A DNA stretch of 64,000 nt, from assembly GCA_002269645.1 (NCBI GenBank), contig NIVC01000201.1:496001-560000 (forward strand). Reading direction: 5' to 3'. The position numbers and the translations under genes were made by a program. Under the pieces are notes generated by a model. It did no database searches. It saw only the letters and a list, made by a program, of their open reading frames with translations, and had not been told where the DNA came from. This DNA is from Macrostomum lignano (lineage: Eukaryota). Below, piece by piece: positions 36,238 through 49,027 of this stretch (position 1 is its first letter; each line of letters begins with the position of its first letter).

Positions 36238-37699
36238 GGTGGAGCCCCGCGCCAAGTTCGCCCCGCCAGCCTGCGGAGGCTTCAAATTGCGGTTCGGCTG
36301 CTGCCGAGCGGCCACCGTAGATCCGTCGGCCTCCGCTGCCTCGCAGGACTTAAGGTAGTCCGTGAGAGGATCCGAGTGCTCCCTGTGATCAATGATTTGG
36401 CCTGTGTTTGAGCGGCGAGTCAAAGTAAAAACTCAACAGCACCCTCTCTATACCGCTACCCGCTTCAGCGTTCAGGTCAAAAGCAATCAAGAAGTTTCTC
36501 TGCTTCAGAACAAAAAGGTAGCAGAGGGCAGCAGGGAGAAGCCGGGGGAGCTCGGGGAAGCCTGCAGCAGCGGATCTCTGGGCGCCGTTCGCTTTTCTCT
36601 ATTCCATCAAGTTGCCCGCTTACGTTAGAAAAAAAGTGCAAATGCGCGCAGGAAACCCCCCAGGTGCGCGCCAGCGAATGGTGGATCAAGATATCGCAAG
36701 GGAAGAGACTTAGGGAAGAGGAATGGGGGGAACAGATAAGCTGTGGGTTCGGCTAAGCCCTTCTGGGCGGGAGGCCAGTGGACAACGAAGAGAAGAACAC
36801 AGCGGCGCCGCACGCACACGTGATGCCCAGTCTCCTAAGCTGACCTTCTTCCCTAGCGTTCTGCAGCCGCTTTTTCTCTATCTCTTCTATCTCGCTTTCC
36901 GTTTCGGTTCCTTGCAAGCGAACGACCCACAAAAGGGACAACCCCGGCCTCCTGAATGAGGGCAGTTTGGCCAGCCCAAGGAGAAAGCAGATGAAGCTGG
37001 AATCTGACGAAAATGCGCTAACCGCGCGTGCGCCAGACGTTGGCAAAGTCGGACTAAATATGGGGAGAAGACGCCACCGATGGAAGGGAGAATATCCCTA
37101 TAGATCAGCGGTCTGGCGTGTTGCGAGTGCCCCGAGAGAATGTCCGCCAGATTGCCGGACGCCCTCCGCAGAAGATGACGTGCATGCCGGGAGAGGCGCA
37201 GGAGAGAGAGAGCGATTGGATACTGTCGGATTGCCCAGCTACCGCAGAAAATGTCAGTATCAGAGAGTAAGAGCCCCTTGAAGTCCATGTCCGGTGCCCA
37301 ATGGTGCGGAGGCCCAGGGAAGAATCTTTAATTACGGACCTTAGCGGTCTTCTTTCTGTTTGCTGTTGATAAGAAATTAAGTTGTGACGTCTAAGTCCAG
37401 AAACGCCTCAATGCTTTTCGATTCAACTTATTCGAAGTAAGATACGAAATTTGTTACGTGCGCACTTCAAAATCAATTATCCAAGCCGACCAGGCAAATA
37501 CAGTCAATACAAATATATGCAGGACATGCGTGTACGTACATGTACGTATATGCAGCCGTTGTACAAAAGTGCTGTAGATGCCTGCAGCTACTGTTGTGTT
37601 TATACATGCACAGTGATCATATAAATATGTTTATTTTTAGAGATCGCTACAATAACAAAAGCTGTCAGGGTTTTTAGAAGGCAACGTCACAGGGCGCGC

Positions 37700-38620
37700 C
37701 TATGGGCCAGGTGCGCAACGAAGGCCCCGCCGCTGACCGATGCCGAGACACCGGCGTCAGCCAGCAGGCAAGTCGACGAAACGCCGAGTCCGCGCCTGTC
37801 CCCGCTGGGTGTCTGCAGCGTCAGCAGCAGCATCTCCTGCACCGTCTGTGGGAAGTACTACTCGGTGCGGTTGTTCTGGCCCGTCAACTGGAGTTGCCGA
37901 CGGCACAACACGCGCGTCTCTTGGACGGACCAGGCCGGCGCTGTGATACAGTGCCGCGTTGGAAACTCAATCTTGAAGGCAGCGCGTTAGTGTTCCGCGT
38001 CTACTTGTTGCTCGAGCGAGTTGTTCAGCATCCAGTTCCCAACGTGGTACAGCTGGACGGTCTCGACCACTGCCTAAAACAGCGCTTGCCCTCTGGCGGT
38101 CAGGTACGGCCTCGTAGTGCAGGACTGCCCTCACAGAACGAAAGGCAGCCCAGGCAAGCCCGTGGCGACGCAGCAGGTCCTCACGGACGACGAGAACCAG
38201 AACAAGACACCGAGAGGTTGATGAACTGCTGACTACTCGGAAGCTCCGTCACCTGTCCTCGGCGCAAAATTGCAGACTCGATGTCGTCCGGCACGCAAAG
38301 CCCGACGCGGTCTTCTGCGTGTTGACCACCAGGCCGACACTCACCGCAACAGCAATCAGCTTGTCCAGTTGTCGCTGAGCGCCCTCGACAGCAGGGCGAA
38401 ATCGTCGGCGTATCCAAGCACGCAGAGTCGCCTCTCCGCGGTTGACATCGACCCACGTCGGTTGACGTCGAAGCCGTCGTCGTTGTTTGAAAGAGCAATT
38501 CGCAGCACTTAGTCAAGCACCAAAGGAACAGGAACGGTAATAGCGTATCTCCCTGCAGAACTCTAGGAGGATGTCTCGAAAAGGTATGATAGGCTATCCG
38601 GTGCTGCAAAAGCAGGTTTT
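37700..38620 (-). mobile_element. Degenerate RTE-like non-LTR retrotransposon (RT C-terminal half)
   Basis: Frameshifted minus-strand frames contain VLQGDTLLPFLF and VLGYADDFAL, then GLVVNTQKT and NAALYHSAGL; multiple stops and shifts. Confidence 0.85.
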
Positions 38621-38742
38621 GCATCACGGTACATTGCCATGATGGCAGATACATGTACTAAAGCTTCTCTGGCACGATTGTACGCACGGAGCAACCTCTG
38701 TGAGCTTGGACATGACAACCGAGTCGAATGCCTTCTCGAATG

Positions 38743-41700
38743 GCCACGGGGCCAGAAGCCGTACTGCTACATGTAAAGGACGCAGGCACGGATCTAAGCA
38801 CTGCGACTGCAACCGCGATAACAGCATCCGGTTAAACAGCTTTACAGCGCGGCATGACTGAAGGCATATGTCTCATGATTCTAACGCCTTGTGGTGCCCG
38901 CACTCAACACGTTTGTTGTTGTGTTACAACACCTATGCACATGTAGTGACACAATTAAGTAGCGTAATTTTAATCGCAGTCGATCTTTCGACAAAACATG
39001 TAAACTTGCGCAGCTTTAACGATTCTTCAAGTTATAGCTTAAAGGGTACCTCATCGTTAGTTGTTACCATAATGTGGTTAACGAACTCTATCTTTGGCGC
39101 AGTAGCTGCATGCAGCGTACATGTATGTCCGCTCATGGTGTAAGCTGCCATTACTAACTCGAGATTAATACTTACGTCGACTTTGTTTCGTTATTTATAC
39201 ATGTGCAGCTGCAACTACTGAGGGCTCGATAATCGGAGGTTAAATAAAATTACTTTGTAGCAACATATACATAGTTAACTTTTTGAGTGTCTGTAAGGTA
39301 AATTCAAATATGTATGGCCTGATATTTTTACACATAAATTTGCAGTGATTGCAGCAAACACTCACAAAATATCTAGAACACAAAAACTCATCGGAACCAT
39401 GAAGAGTCAAAACCAAAGAACAGACAAAGTATTCATTTACATGTATAGATCCAATAGAGCCCAGGTCAAAAGTTGTCAAAGTTCCCGTGGTTGTCATGAG
39501 AGCTGCAAGTCTTTGAAGAATCACAAATACATCGAATTGACGACTATCCTCTAAACCAGAAGCACTCGCTGATGGAGCCTGCAATGTAAAGAAATTTTTG
39601 TTGTAACCAACTAGAATTTCAAAGAAAATCAGTGCCTGATTAGAATTCCCGAAGAACGGAATTATCAATGGATCGGCTGGCTGGTCAGGCGCCGGGTCCC
39701 ACAATTCGGTGACGTGACAGACATTTGGTGTTGGTGACAACTTGACGTCAATAGTGATATGGCCAGGCCAAGTCGGGCCACTCGACCATGCGATAACTAA
39801 GCTTGTTTTGAAAGTCCCTTTCCATTCTAAAAAAACGCTTTCGTTGTACACAAGTTGAATGACTTAAATTTCACCTAAGTTCCTAAAGTTTTAAAAGCGC
39901 TATGTCTAGTGCACTTTTAACTGGATGAACAGTCTTTAACAGTCTAGGCTTCATTCATTTATACAAGGATTGTAAGAATAAAGGCTTAGATGATTTAAAT
40001 ATATCATCTTAATTAAGAACTTCAAGAAGCCCACTGACAGTGCTATAGGCCTACAATAAGGCACTATTATAGGTAGGTTATATAATAGGGCCTAGCTAAT
40101 TAATAGTGTAATACACTATATTAAATGATGAAATGAAAATATTTATACAGAAGAAAAGTCTAAGTAAGAGATACACAATAGGGCTTTCCGTAAAAATAGT
40201 TATTACATTTTCACTATTTTAGTGAGATTTTTCATTTTATTTATAATTATATCTACAAATATAAATATTTATTTATATCATTTTATTTATATCTACAAAT
40301 GAAAAATCTCACTAAAATAGTGAAAATGTAATAACTATTTTTACGGAAAGCCCTATTGTGTATCTCTTACTTANNNNNNNNNNNNNNNNNNNNNNNNNNN
40401 NNNNNNNNNNNNNNNNNNNNNNNNNNNNNNNNNNNNNNNNNNNNNNNNNNNNNNNNNNNNNNNNNNNNNNNNNNNNNNNNNNNNNNNNNNNNNNNNNNNN
40501 NNNNNNNNNNNNNNNNNNNNNNNNNNNNNNNNNNNNNNNNNNNNNNNNNNNNNNNNNNNNNNNNNNNNNNNNNNNNNNNNNNNNNNNNNNNNNNNNNNNN
40601 NNNNNNNNNNNNNNNNNNNNNNNNNNNNNNNNNNNNNNNNNNNNNNNNNNNNNNNNNNNGCCACGGGGCCAGAAGCCGTACTGCTACATGTAAAGGACGC
40701 AGGCACGGATCTAAGCACTGCGACTGCAACCGCGATAACAGCATCCGGTTAAACAGCTTTACAGCGCGGCATGACTGAAGGCATATGTCTCATGATTCTA
40801 ACGCCTTGTGGTGCCCGCACTCAACACGTTTGTTGTTGTGTTACAACACCTATGCACATGTAGTGACACAATTAAGTAGCGTAATTTTAATCGCAGTCGA
40901 TCTTTCGACAAAACATGTAAACTTGCGCAGCTTTAACGATTCTTCAAGTTATAGCTTAAAGGGTACCTCATCGTTAGTTGTTACCATAATGTGGTTAACG
41001 AACTCTATCTTTGGCGCAGTAGCTGCATGCAGCGTACATGTATGTCCGCTCATGGTGTAAGCTGCCATTACTAACTCGAGATTAATACTTACGTCGACTT
41101 TGTTTCGTTATTTATACATGTGCAGCTGCAACTACTGAGGGCTCGATAATCGGAGGTTAAATAAAATTACTTTGTAGCAACATATACATAGTTAACTTTT
41201 TGAGTGTCTGTAAGGTAAATTCAAATATGTATGGCCTGATATTTTTACACATAAATTTGCAGTGATTGCAGCAAACACTCACAAAATATCTAGAACACAA
41301 AAACTCATCGGAACCATGAAGAGTCAAAACCAAAGAACAGACAAAGTATTCATTTACATGTATAGATCCAATAGAGCCCAGGTCAAAAGTTGTCAAAGTT
41401 CCCGTGGTTGTCATGAGAGCTGCAAGTCTTTTGAAGAATCACAAATACATCGAATTGACGACTATCCTCTAAACCAGAAGCACTCGCTGATGGAGCCTGC
41501 AATGTAAAGAAATTTTTGTTGTAACCAACTAGAATTTCAAAGAAAATCAGTGCCTGATTAGAATTCCCGAAGAACGGAATTATCAATGGATCGGCTGGCT
41601 GGTCAGGCGCCGGGTCCCACAATTCGGTGACGTGACAGACATTTGGTGTTGGTGACAACTTGACGTCAATAGTGATATGGCCAGGCCAAGTCGGGCCACT

Positions 41701-42283
41701 CGACCATGCGATAACTAAGCTTGTTTTGAAAGTCCCTTTCCATTCTAAAAAAACGCTTTCGTTGTACACAAGTTGAATGACTTAAATTTCACCTAAGTTC
41801 CTAAAGTTTTAAAAGCGCTATGTCTAGTGCACTTTTAACTGGATGAACAGTCTTTAACAGTCTAGGCTTCATTCATTTATACAAGGATTGTAAGAATAAA
41901 GGCTTAGATGATTTAAATATATCATCTTAATTAAGAACTTCAAGAAGCCCACTGACAGTGCTATACAATAAGGCACTATTATAGGTAGGTTATATAATAG
42001 CTAAATTAATAGTGTAATACACTATATTAAATGATGAAATGAAAATATTTATACAGAAGAAAAGTCTAAGTAAGAGATACACAATAGGGCTTTCCGTAAA
42101 AATAGCTATTTATTACATTTTCACTATTTTAGTGAGATTTTTCATTTTATTTATAATTATATCTACAAATATAAATATTTATTTATATCATTTTATTTAT
42201 ATCTACAAATGAAAAATCTCACTAAAATAGTGAAAATGTAATAACTATTTTTACGGAAAGCCCTATTGTGTATCTCTTACTTA
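38743..42283. repeat. ~1.63-kb direct duplication flanking the assembly gap
   Basis: 38743-40373 is near-identical to 40660-42283, with small indels. Confidence 0.93.
40374..40659. other. Assembly gap (286 N)
   Basis: Run of n. Confidence 1.
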
Positions 42284-42417
42284 GACTTTTCTTCTGTATA
42301 AATATTTTCATTTCATCATTTAATATAGATAGTGTATTACACTATTAATTAGCTATTATATAACCTACCTATAATAGTGCCTTATTGTATAGCACTGTCA
42401 GTGGGCTTCTTGAAGTT
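41936..42417. repeat. AT-rich ~480-bp palindrome (foldback/MITE-like)
   Basis: ~210-bp arms AACTTCAAGAAGCCCACTGACAG... and ...CTGTCAGTGGGCTTCTTGAAGTT around a ~60-bp spacer; a partial copy at 40017-40373 runs into the gap. Confidence 0.92.
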
Positions 42418-42567
42418 TATGTTGATAAAATAGTTGCAATTTTGATAGGATCATAATTCTATCTCTATAAAAGTTTTTGATGGTGCTGATTTCAAATTTG
42501 ACTTTGAGCTCCATTTTTGGTAGCTTTAACCTATTATATGTAGCTTAAAGCCAACCACCAGGGCATG

Positions 42568-45500
42568 CACGGTGCTAAGCCTACCATAGGTGGAAAATTG
42601 CTTAAAAAATTCACTGGAAAAGTTATTTGTCACAATCAACAATCAAGTTATTAAGGATTCCATGGAAGAAAAAATTAAAATTGTACTCATTCGTTTTAGC
42701 TCAAAAAAAACAATTTTCTGTTTTTACCATAGATTATATTGGAAATTTATTGCATTGTAATTGAATTCTTTTAAATTGTTGTCAATATACGTATTAAAGT
42801 AAAGAAGAGTTATTACAATTTAAATCAAAACAAATTCACAATTTTTTTTAGCAAATCCATGAATATTGTATTGTATGCACATTTTAAATCTACTTGAAGC
42901 TTAGCATCCTGTCTTACATGAAGCAAAACAACTCAAAGCAGCATGGTGCTGCGGCGTTTCATAAACCCCAAATTTTACAACATAAAAATTATTTTTTTAT
43001 ATTCTTTCACCTTAATATCTAACCCCAAACCATGTGAATATGTTCTTGATGCTATGAAATTTTGGGTTTGTGAAAGCACCCCTATTGTACAAGGTTTTGT
43101 ATTACCTTACAATTCAAATTAGAATCGTTACAATTGCAATTTAATATATAGACTTCAAAGGGGACATTTAGCGGGTTGATTTTCCTGGAGGCTTTGACTA
43201 CAATAACTGAGTAGGTCGAAAAATTATGCTACTAAATTTTCTGACTTCATAACTGTCCAATACTTGCATTGCAGTTCAACTGTTGCAGTTCCGGATTCGC
43301 ACTTTCCACAAAACGCTCACAAATGGCAACTGTTGTAACACCGCACAGCTGCCAGGAGCCTTTCAGCAAAGAGAGGATGCGTGCTCGCCACCTTGTATCT
43401 CTCCCAATGCAGGAGGAAGTCTCTGTGCATTGACTCCGTGCATTGTTTGCTCCATGGCCCCAGGCCTGTTTTGTCCTTGGCGCGGCAGAAGTTACCGACA
43501 TGGTGGAAAATTGCATGGATTTTTGGACTGATGGAAATGCCAAGATCGACATAACTGGTGCGAAATTCCTGAATCGCCTGCTCAAAATTGGGACGCAGCT
43601 CACTCCCGAAGCATGACACCACAACCGAGTTCAACGCTCGAAGGGTGGCAACAAACGGCAGCGCTGCCATCGGGCACATCGCTTCTAGCAGGTCCACGTT
43701 GCGCAGCAACTTGCGGCTTGCATTGCCAGTGAAGCTGCCACCGTGATGCTGGTCACGTTGGACATTTTCAAGCTGTAAGCCAAGCTTCGCTCTCGGGCCA
43801 CACACCATGCAGACCCTCGTACAGCACATGGACCGCACCGGTCAGCAGGTGCAGCTCCGGCAGAGGGACAATGTGCAACACCAGGACTTCAACTCCAGCG
43901 GAAAAGATGCTGGGCTGGACGACATTATCGAAGTGCTTAGCTAGTTGGCGTTCACCACCAGCAGCCAGGTAGACCTGGTATTTCTCACTGAGGCTGCCAA
44001 AGGTCCTTGGCTCGCCGCAGCTGTCAAGGCTCCCTTTATTGACGTTGCACCAGGTGCAGGGATGCGAGCTGCTGTGGGCCATCAAGCCGAGCAGGATGTT
44101 GGCAAGCTTCAGGTCGCACGCAATGCTGATGTTCGCTGACAGAAGCTGCAGGCGGCAGCTCTCCCAGAGACACTCCAGGTTCCTGTAGTTCTCCTGCGTG
44201 TTGGGAGCGATGCCAAGGATGACGGCCCAATGCACGCCAGTGTCAAGGAATCGGCGATCAGCCCCCTTCTGCTGCTCCTCACCAGCACACACGCACAGGT
44301 CAAAAACGGATATCAAGAGCTTCAAGAACCCACCTCCACCATCGATTCCAATTCTGACGACTGTGGAAGCAACATCCATCAGCCGGCGGTTTGCAATCAT
44401 GCGGCCCAGGAGCTCGACCACATCAGTGCAGACAACGGCCCACTGCTCAGCTGGAGTCTGCCTTCCCCTCTCTTCTCAGATAAACGCCAGCTGCTTCGCT
44501 TGGAAGAGGTCATCCAGTTCGTGATCCATCTCCCTCAATGTCTGCCAGATGTTGCTCTGGACAGCTGAGGCGCCAATCGAAGACCGAAGATTTCGAAGTA
44601 CAACCTCCATTTTGCGTGAACTGAGGCCCAGCTCACCTTGCAGATGATGCATATTATCCGCCGTGAAGACCGCTGTTGGCTCCAGAGGCGGCGGATTCAC
44701 GGCCAGCCTCATTGAGGGTCCAGCGTTGGATGCCAGCATGGTGATGCCCGAGGCTGTGTCTCCGGAGCCTGAAGTAATAAGTTTCTGCCGCACAATTGTT
44801 GTGGCGAGCCGCTCTGGGAATTCTGGGGATGCTTCCTGCAACAGGGCATGCGCATTCTGCAGTCTTGTGGGTCTGTTGCATGTGTGCGGCTTGCCCCTGC
44901 CAATAGGACTGATGCAGAAGGAGCAGACCTTGACCATTTCGGGCTTGGGCGTTGTAGCCTCGTCCGCCATCAAACTCGGCCGCCCAACAGACCGCTTTGG
45001 GACGTTGGCTTCTGGAGGATGGACTCTGCATCTGGCAGTGCTGCAGATCTTACAGTCGCATCATCTTGGCCCACTGATGGGTCACGGCAGTGGCTGCACA
45101 TACCTGAAGTCATACATCGGTGGCACATCAGCCCGTTGGCCCTTCTCCAGCTACTGCAGAGCAAATCTGCACGTGCCACAAATTGCCTTGGGAATGCGAT
45201 TATTGTGCAGATCGTAGAGCCAGCCACTGTGCCGATTGATGATAGCCAGCATCCAGGGCGTGTAACGGATTGCAACTCTTTTGCCTTCAAAAAGCACAAA
45301 ATGCAGATCCAATTGAGGCAATCTTCGTGTGACAGTGGCATGACAAAAACTGTGTACACGCAAGCACAATCGTTGCAACTAAATGTTTGGATGAAACACT
45401 TTTAGACAGAGTTGGACAACAAAACCTCTTCAAATGGGACCTCCTTATGTTTGAGGTTTGATGTTTATATTGATGAAAAACATAAATGAGCACGATGGCA

Positions 45501-46186
45501 TTACAAGACTGAGGGTGGTTCAGCGAGTGCTTGGTGCAAAGAGCACACACCAATGTACAATATCATACTTTGTACGTACAGCTCAGGAAGAGAGAGAGCA
45601 AGCCACAGCATACGAGTGCTTACCTACGTATGTAGAATGGTGGAGGGATTGGCTGAGGGTAAAGCTTTGGGTCTGGGCGGGCTGGGTGGATCTGAACCAG
45701 TGACTCATCCAAACAGGGTGAGTACAAGTATAAAGGCTCATTCACAACGCCATCAAACAAGCAACCAACTCACATGACTTACGTACAAAGGGATGAAAAA
45801 CTATGCACATGTCGTGTGATCACTTGAAATTTGGTCTCATTTGATGGCGGTGTGAATGGGCCTTAAGACTCTCTTGTGGTAGGCCCATCCAAGTCAAATG
45901 TATAGCTTTTAGGCATCAACCAATCATTGATGAATATCAGTAACATGTTTTTTAATGCTTGCCTTTGATCCTGGACTCAATCGAACTGATTTCTAAACAG
46001 TACGGTGATACATTTTTATTAATTCGTCTATGGTAAAAGCTGAAAATAGCACTTTTTGAGCTAAAACAAACAACTACAATTTTTATTTTTGCTTCTAAAG
46101 AATCCTTACTAATTCGAGTATCGATTGTGACAAATAACTTTTCCGGTGAATTTTTTTAGCAATTTTCCGACTATGGTAGCACCGTG
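42568..46186 (-). mobile_element. Chapaev-type (CMC superfamily) DNA transposon, full length, inactivated
   Basis: Termini CACGGTGCTA...CCATAG..GGAAAATTGCT.AAAAAATTCAC.GGAAAAGTTATTTGTCACAATC at both ends (imperfect TIR over ~160 bp); 4-bp TSD CATG; minus-strand transposase remnant inside. Confidence 0.92.
43317..45341 (-). pseudogene. Chapaev transposase pseudogene
   Basis: N-terminal HEDC..ICILC...PKAICGTC (Chapa-like zinc finger), CSFC..IGRGKPHTC, GIDGGGGFLK, CDLKLANILLGLMAHSSSHPCTWC, PELHLLTG, HGGSFTGN, KIHAIFHH, GLGPWSKQCTESMH; at least two frameshifts and several in-frame stops. Confidence 0.88.
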
Positions 46187-48355
46187 CATGGGGAATGGGA
46201 GGTTTTAGGGTGGGGAGATTCTTCATGAGGATTGATTTTATCAATGTAAACATAATTTACTTACCAAAATCAAGTGCTGTTATTGCCTTAATACACTAGA
46301 ATTAGTAAAGTAGCCTTGTACAGTTATTGGTTGAGACTTGAGAAAAGAGGTGCGAAGTGCTTCAAAGTTGCTTTGGCTGGGTGCAGTGAAAGTGTGCAAG
46401 TGCAAAGATCAGGCGGGTCGTAACGTGGCAGTTTTTACCTACCAAAAATTCTAGAATATTTCCCCTTACTAAAAATCTTAGTATAGTCTATAGACCTTGT
46501 TATAGAGTCAAAGAATTTTTAGGTCTAAGATGACATAAAAATGGCAGTAGCAAATCTAAAGGGGGTGGCCACCCCTATTTTTTGTCATGGTTAAACTTCA
46601 ATATAAAAGCTTAATGTGACGATACTAGTGTGGTGGCCTCAAGAATAATAATGTTAGTTAATGTTAATGTGATTGATGGCTACAGACTTGGTTTATTGTC
46701 AACAGAAATACAAATTGGATTTGCAATGATGCACTGGCAGCTACACAACAACATATTAGATAGCTTAGGTAATAGAAGTGGCATGGCTAAGAGTGGTAGA
46801 GGTGTGGCTAGAACCATGGTGGAGCAAGGCGGAGAGAGAAAAGACAAGTAAACAAGTAAAGGTGGCAAGAGTCTATAGTTGGGAACGCAAAGCCAGGCGG
46901 GTTCCAAGTCTAAAACGTTGCAAGGATCGCAAGGGTACGAGAGTCTAAATAGGTCTAAACCCGAGCGCACAGCTAGACAGAATTGATAAGGAATGGGCTA
47001 GGGAAAATGCGCGAGGAGAAATTAGTATAATTAATGTGCGGCTTTTCTATTGGCTGGCTAAGAAAAACAGAAACAGAAATTATTGATCGCGTAGTATATG
47101 CAGGTTCTACAAATGTATGCAGCTGATTAAAATTCTTTGGGTACTATTTATTTTAAGCAAATGTAAGAGAATGGAACTAGTAATATTAAAGATTGGTACT
47201 GTATGTCAAAACAGCCCTTGGTGGGGCTATTTAAATTGACAATGTCACACTTATTATAATTTTGTGCTAATTTGGGGCTTATTTTTGCCTTTGGCCTACT
47301 TTAAAATTCTTGATCTGCCAGTAAAAATGGCTTGGCCTAAGTTCAAGTAGGCAATACATCAGTATTAATATAGAATTAAAAAACTAGGCTTTTTATTCTA
47401 GCATATGTCTACTATGATCTAGACTGGTGAGATTTATTTATATTATATTATAAATTTATATTACATATGGTATTCTTATTTTACTCTATGGATTTTTTTA
47501 GTATACCATATTGATTTGGCAGTAGCTATAAGCAAAAGAGAGCTGCAACAATAAAAAGGCAAAAAAGTCTACTTAAACCAAGCAATCAGACTTTCAATTC
47601 TTTTTTGAGACCTAACAAGAGCTCCAATGGTTTATCAACTTATTCCAATAGAATTATTTGTATAAACATTTGCCAACTTATTCATAAATACCTATTATAA
47701 ATTTTTAGACTAATGACATATATGTATATATATTAGACCTACTTATATCATCTCTGAAATTATCTATAATGGCCATGCAACTTAATTTGTCAATTTTGTC
47801 AGAAGTCATCAATTTTATTATTTATCTTTGGTTTAGCCACAATTTATATTGGCTAAAAATAAAAATGCAATAAATACACATTATTGTGTACATGTACATA
47901 TACATGATACACATATACATGTACCTTAGTAATCTGTGCCCCATTAAAATTTTTCTGAATCTACACCTGGTCAGTGCCTATGGTTTTATTAGATATAGGG
48001 GGCTGTGTGCTTCCTGGTGCACTCTAATCATTGTTTTCACAGCCCACAATAGGCATTACTGCCCATTATACCAAATTCCCCAAGCATGTATACAAGATTG
48101 CAGATACTTACATAGGCACACTTACACAAGAGGGTACAGTGCCCCTGACTGAGGTAGGCGTGCACACTTTACTGTGCCTTGTGGGGTTGGCCCTCAAGGG
48201 CATTGATTGCACAGGCAGACCCAAGCTGATATTCCAATTTAGCCCCAAGTCAATGTGACTGCACTTGGAATCGAGCCTGAGCTGCTGTCACACAAGAGAG
48301 CACTAGTCTATGGCATAGGCTGTGTGATTGCCCATGTGATTTGTCTCCATTCCAG

Positions 48356-49027
48356 TCGCTTACCCTTTGTGCAGTCCGCCTGTTCGGCGGCGCAACTTGT
48401 CGCCGCACGCTGCCGCAGCTCATCAGTGGCATGTCGGCAGCCAGCAACTCTGCGCCAGTCCATCTTGGTAACCTAGCAACCAGATGCCAACTATCTAAGC
48501 AACAGCAGTGCCCAGTACGATATTTCTGCTCCCAACAGCAGCAGCAGCAGAGCTCCGAGTCATTCTGGCAGAGAATCTGGCGCACCTACAAGACCCAAAC
48601 AAAGGTTGTGCTGGGTGTGCACATTGTCGGCTCCGTGATCTGGTTTACCTGCGTGTACACCTTCGTCAGCAGTAGCGAGGTCAACCTGCCCCAGCTGCTG
48701 CGGCGCTACCTGCCCAAGGGGCTGTACTCGGCCATTCCCGACCAGGCGATGGAGACTCTGTCCAATCCCAGCGTTGGCGCCCTGGCCGCCGCTCTGGTGC
48801 TCTACAAGCTGATCTTCCCAGTGCGCGACCTGTGCACCATCCTGCTGACTCCGCCCACCTTGGCCGCCCTGCGCCGGCTCGGCCTCATCGACAAGCTGCG
48901 CGCCGAGGACCGACTGCGCGCGATCACGCGCGACAAGAGCCGGGAAACTTATCTGAAGCTGCAGCGGCAGGCCAAAGAGGTGCGGGCCAAGGCTGGCGCA
49001 GACAGAAAAAGTGGCGGGAAACGTTGA
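48356..49027 (+). CDS. FAM210: FAM210/DUF1279-family protein (probably mitochondrial inner membrane)
   Basis: KVVLGVHIVGSVIWFTCVY...ALVLYKLIFPVR...TLAALRRLGL pattern of DUF1279, with a basic C-terminal coiled coil. The N-terminus is uncertain: acceptor TTCCAG at 48354-55, first ATG at 48431. Confidence 0.78.
   Translation, partial: SLTLCAVRLFGGATCRRTLPQLISGMSAASNSAPVHLGNLATRCQLSKQQQCPVRYFCSQQQQQQSSESFWQRIWRTYKTQTKVVLGVHIVGSVIWFTCVYTFVSSSEVNLPQLLRRYLPKGLYSAIPDQAMETLSNPSVGALAAALVLYKLIFPVRDLCTILLTPPTLAALRRLGLIDKLRAEDRLRAITRDKSRETYLKLQRQAKEVRAKAGADRKSGGKR

Noticed and set aside
40356-40778. ORFs spanning X runs
   Set aside because: Artefacts of the N gap.
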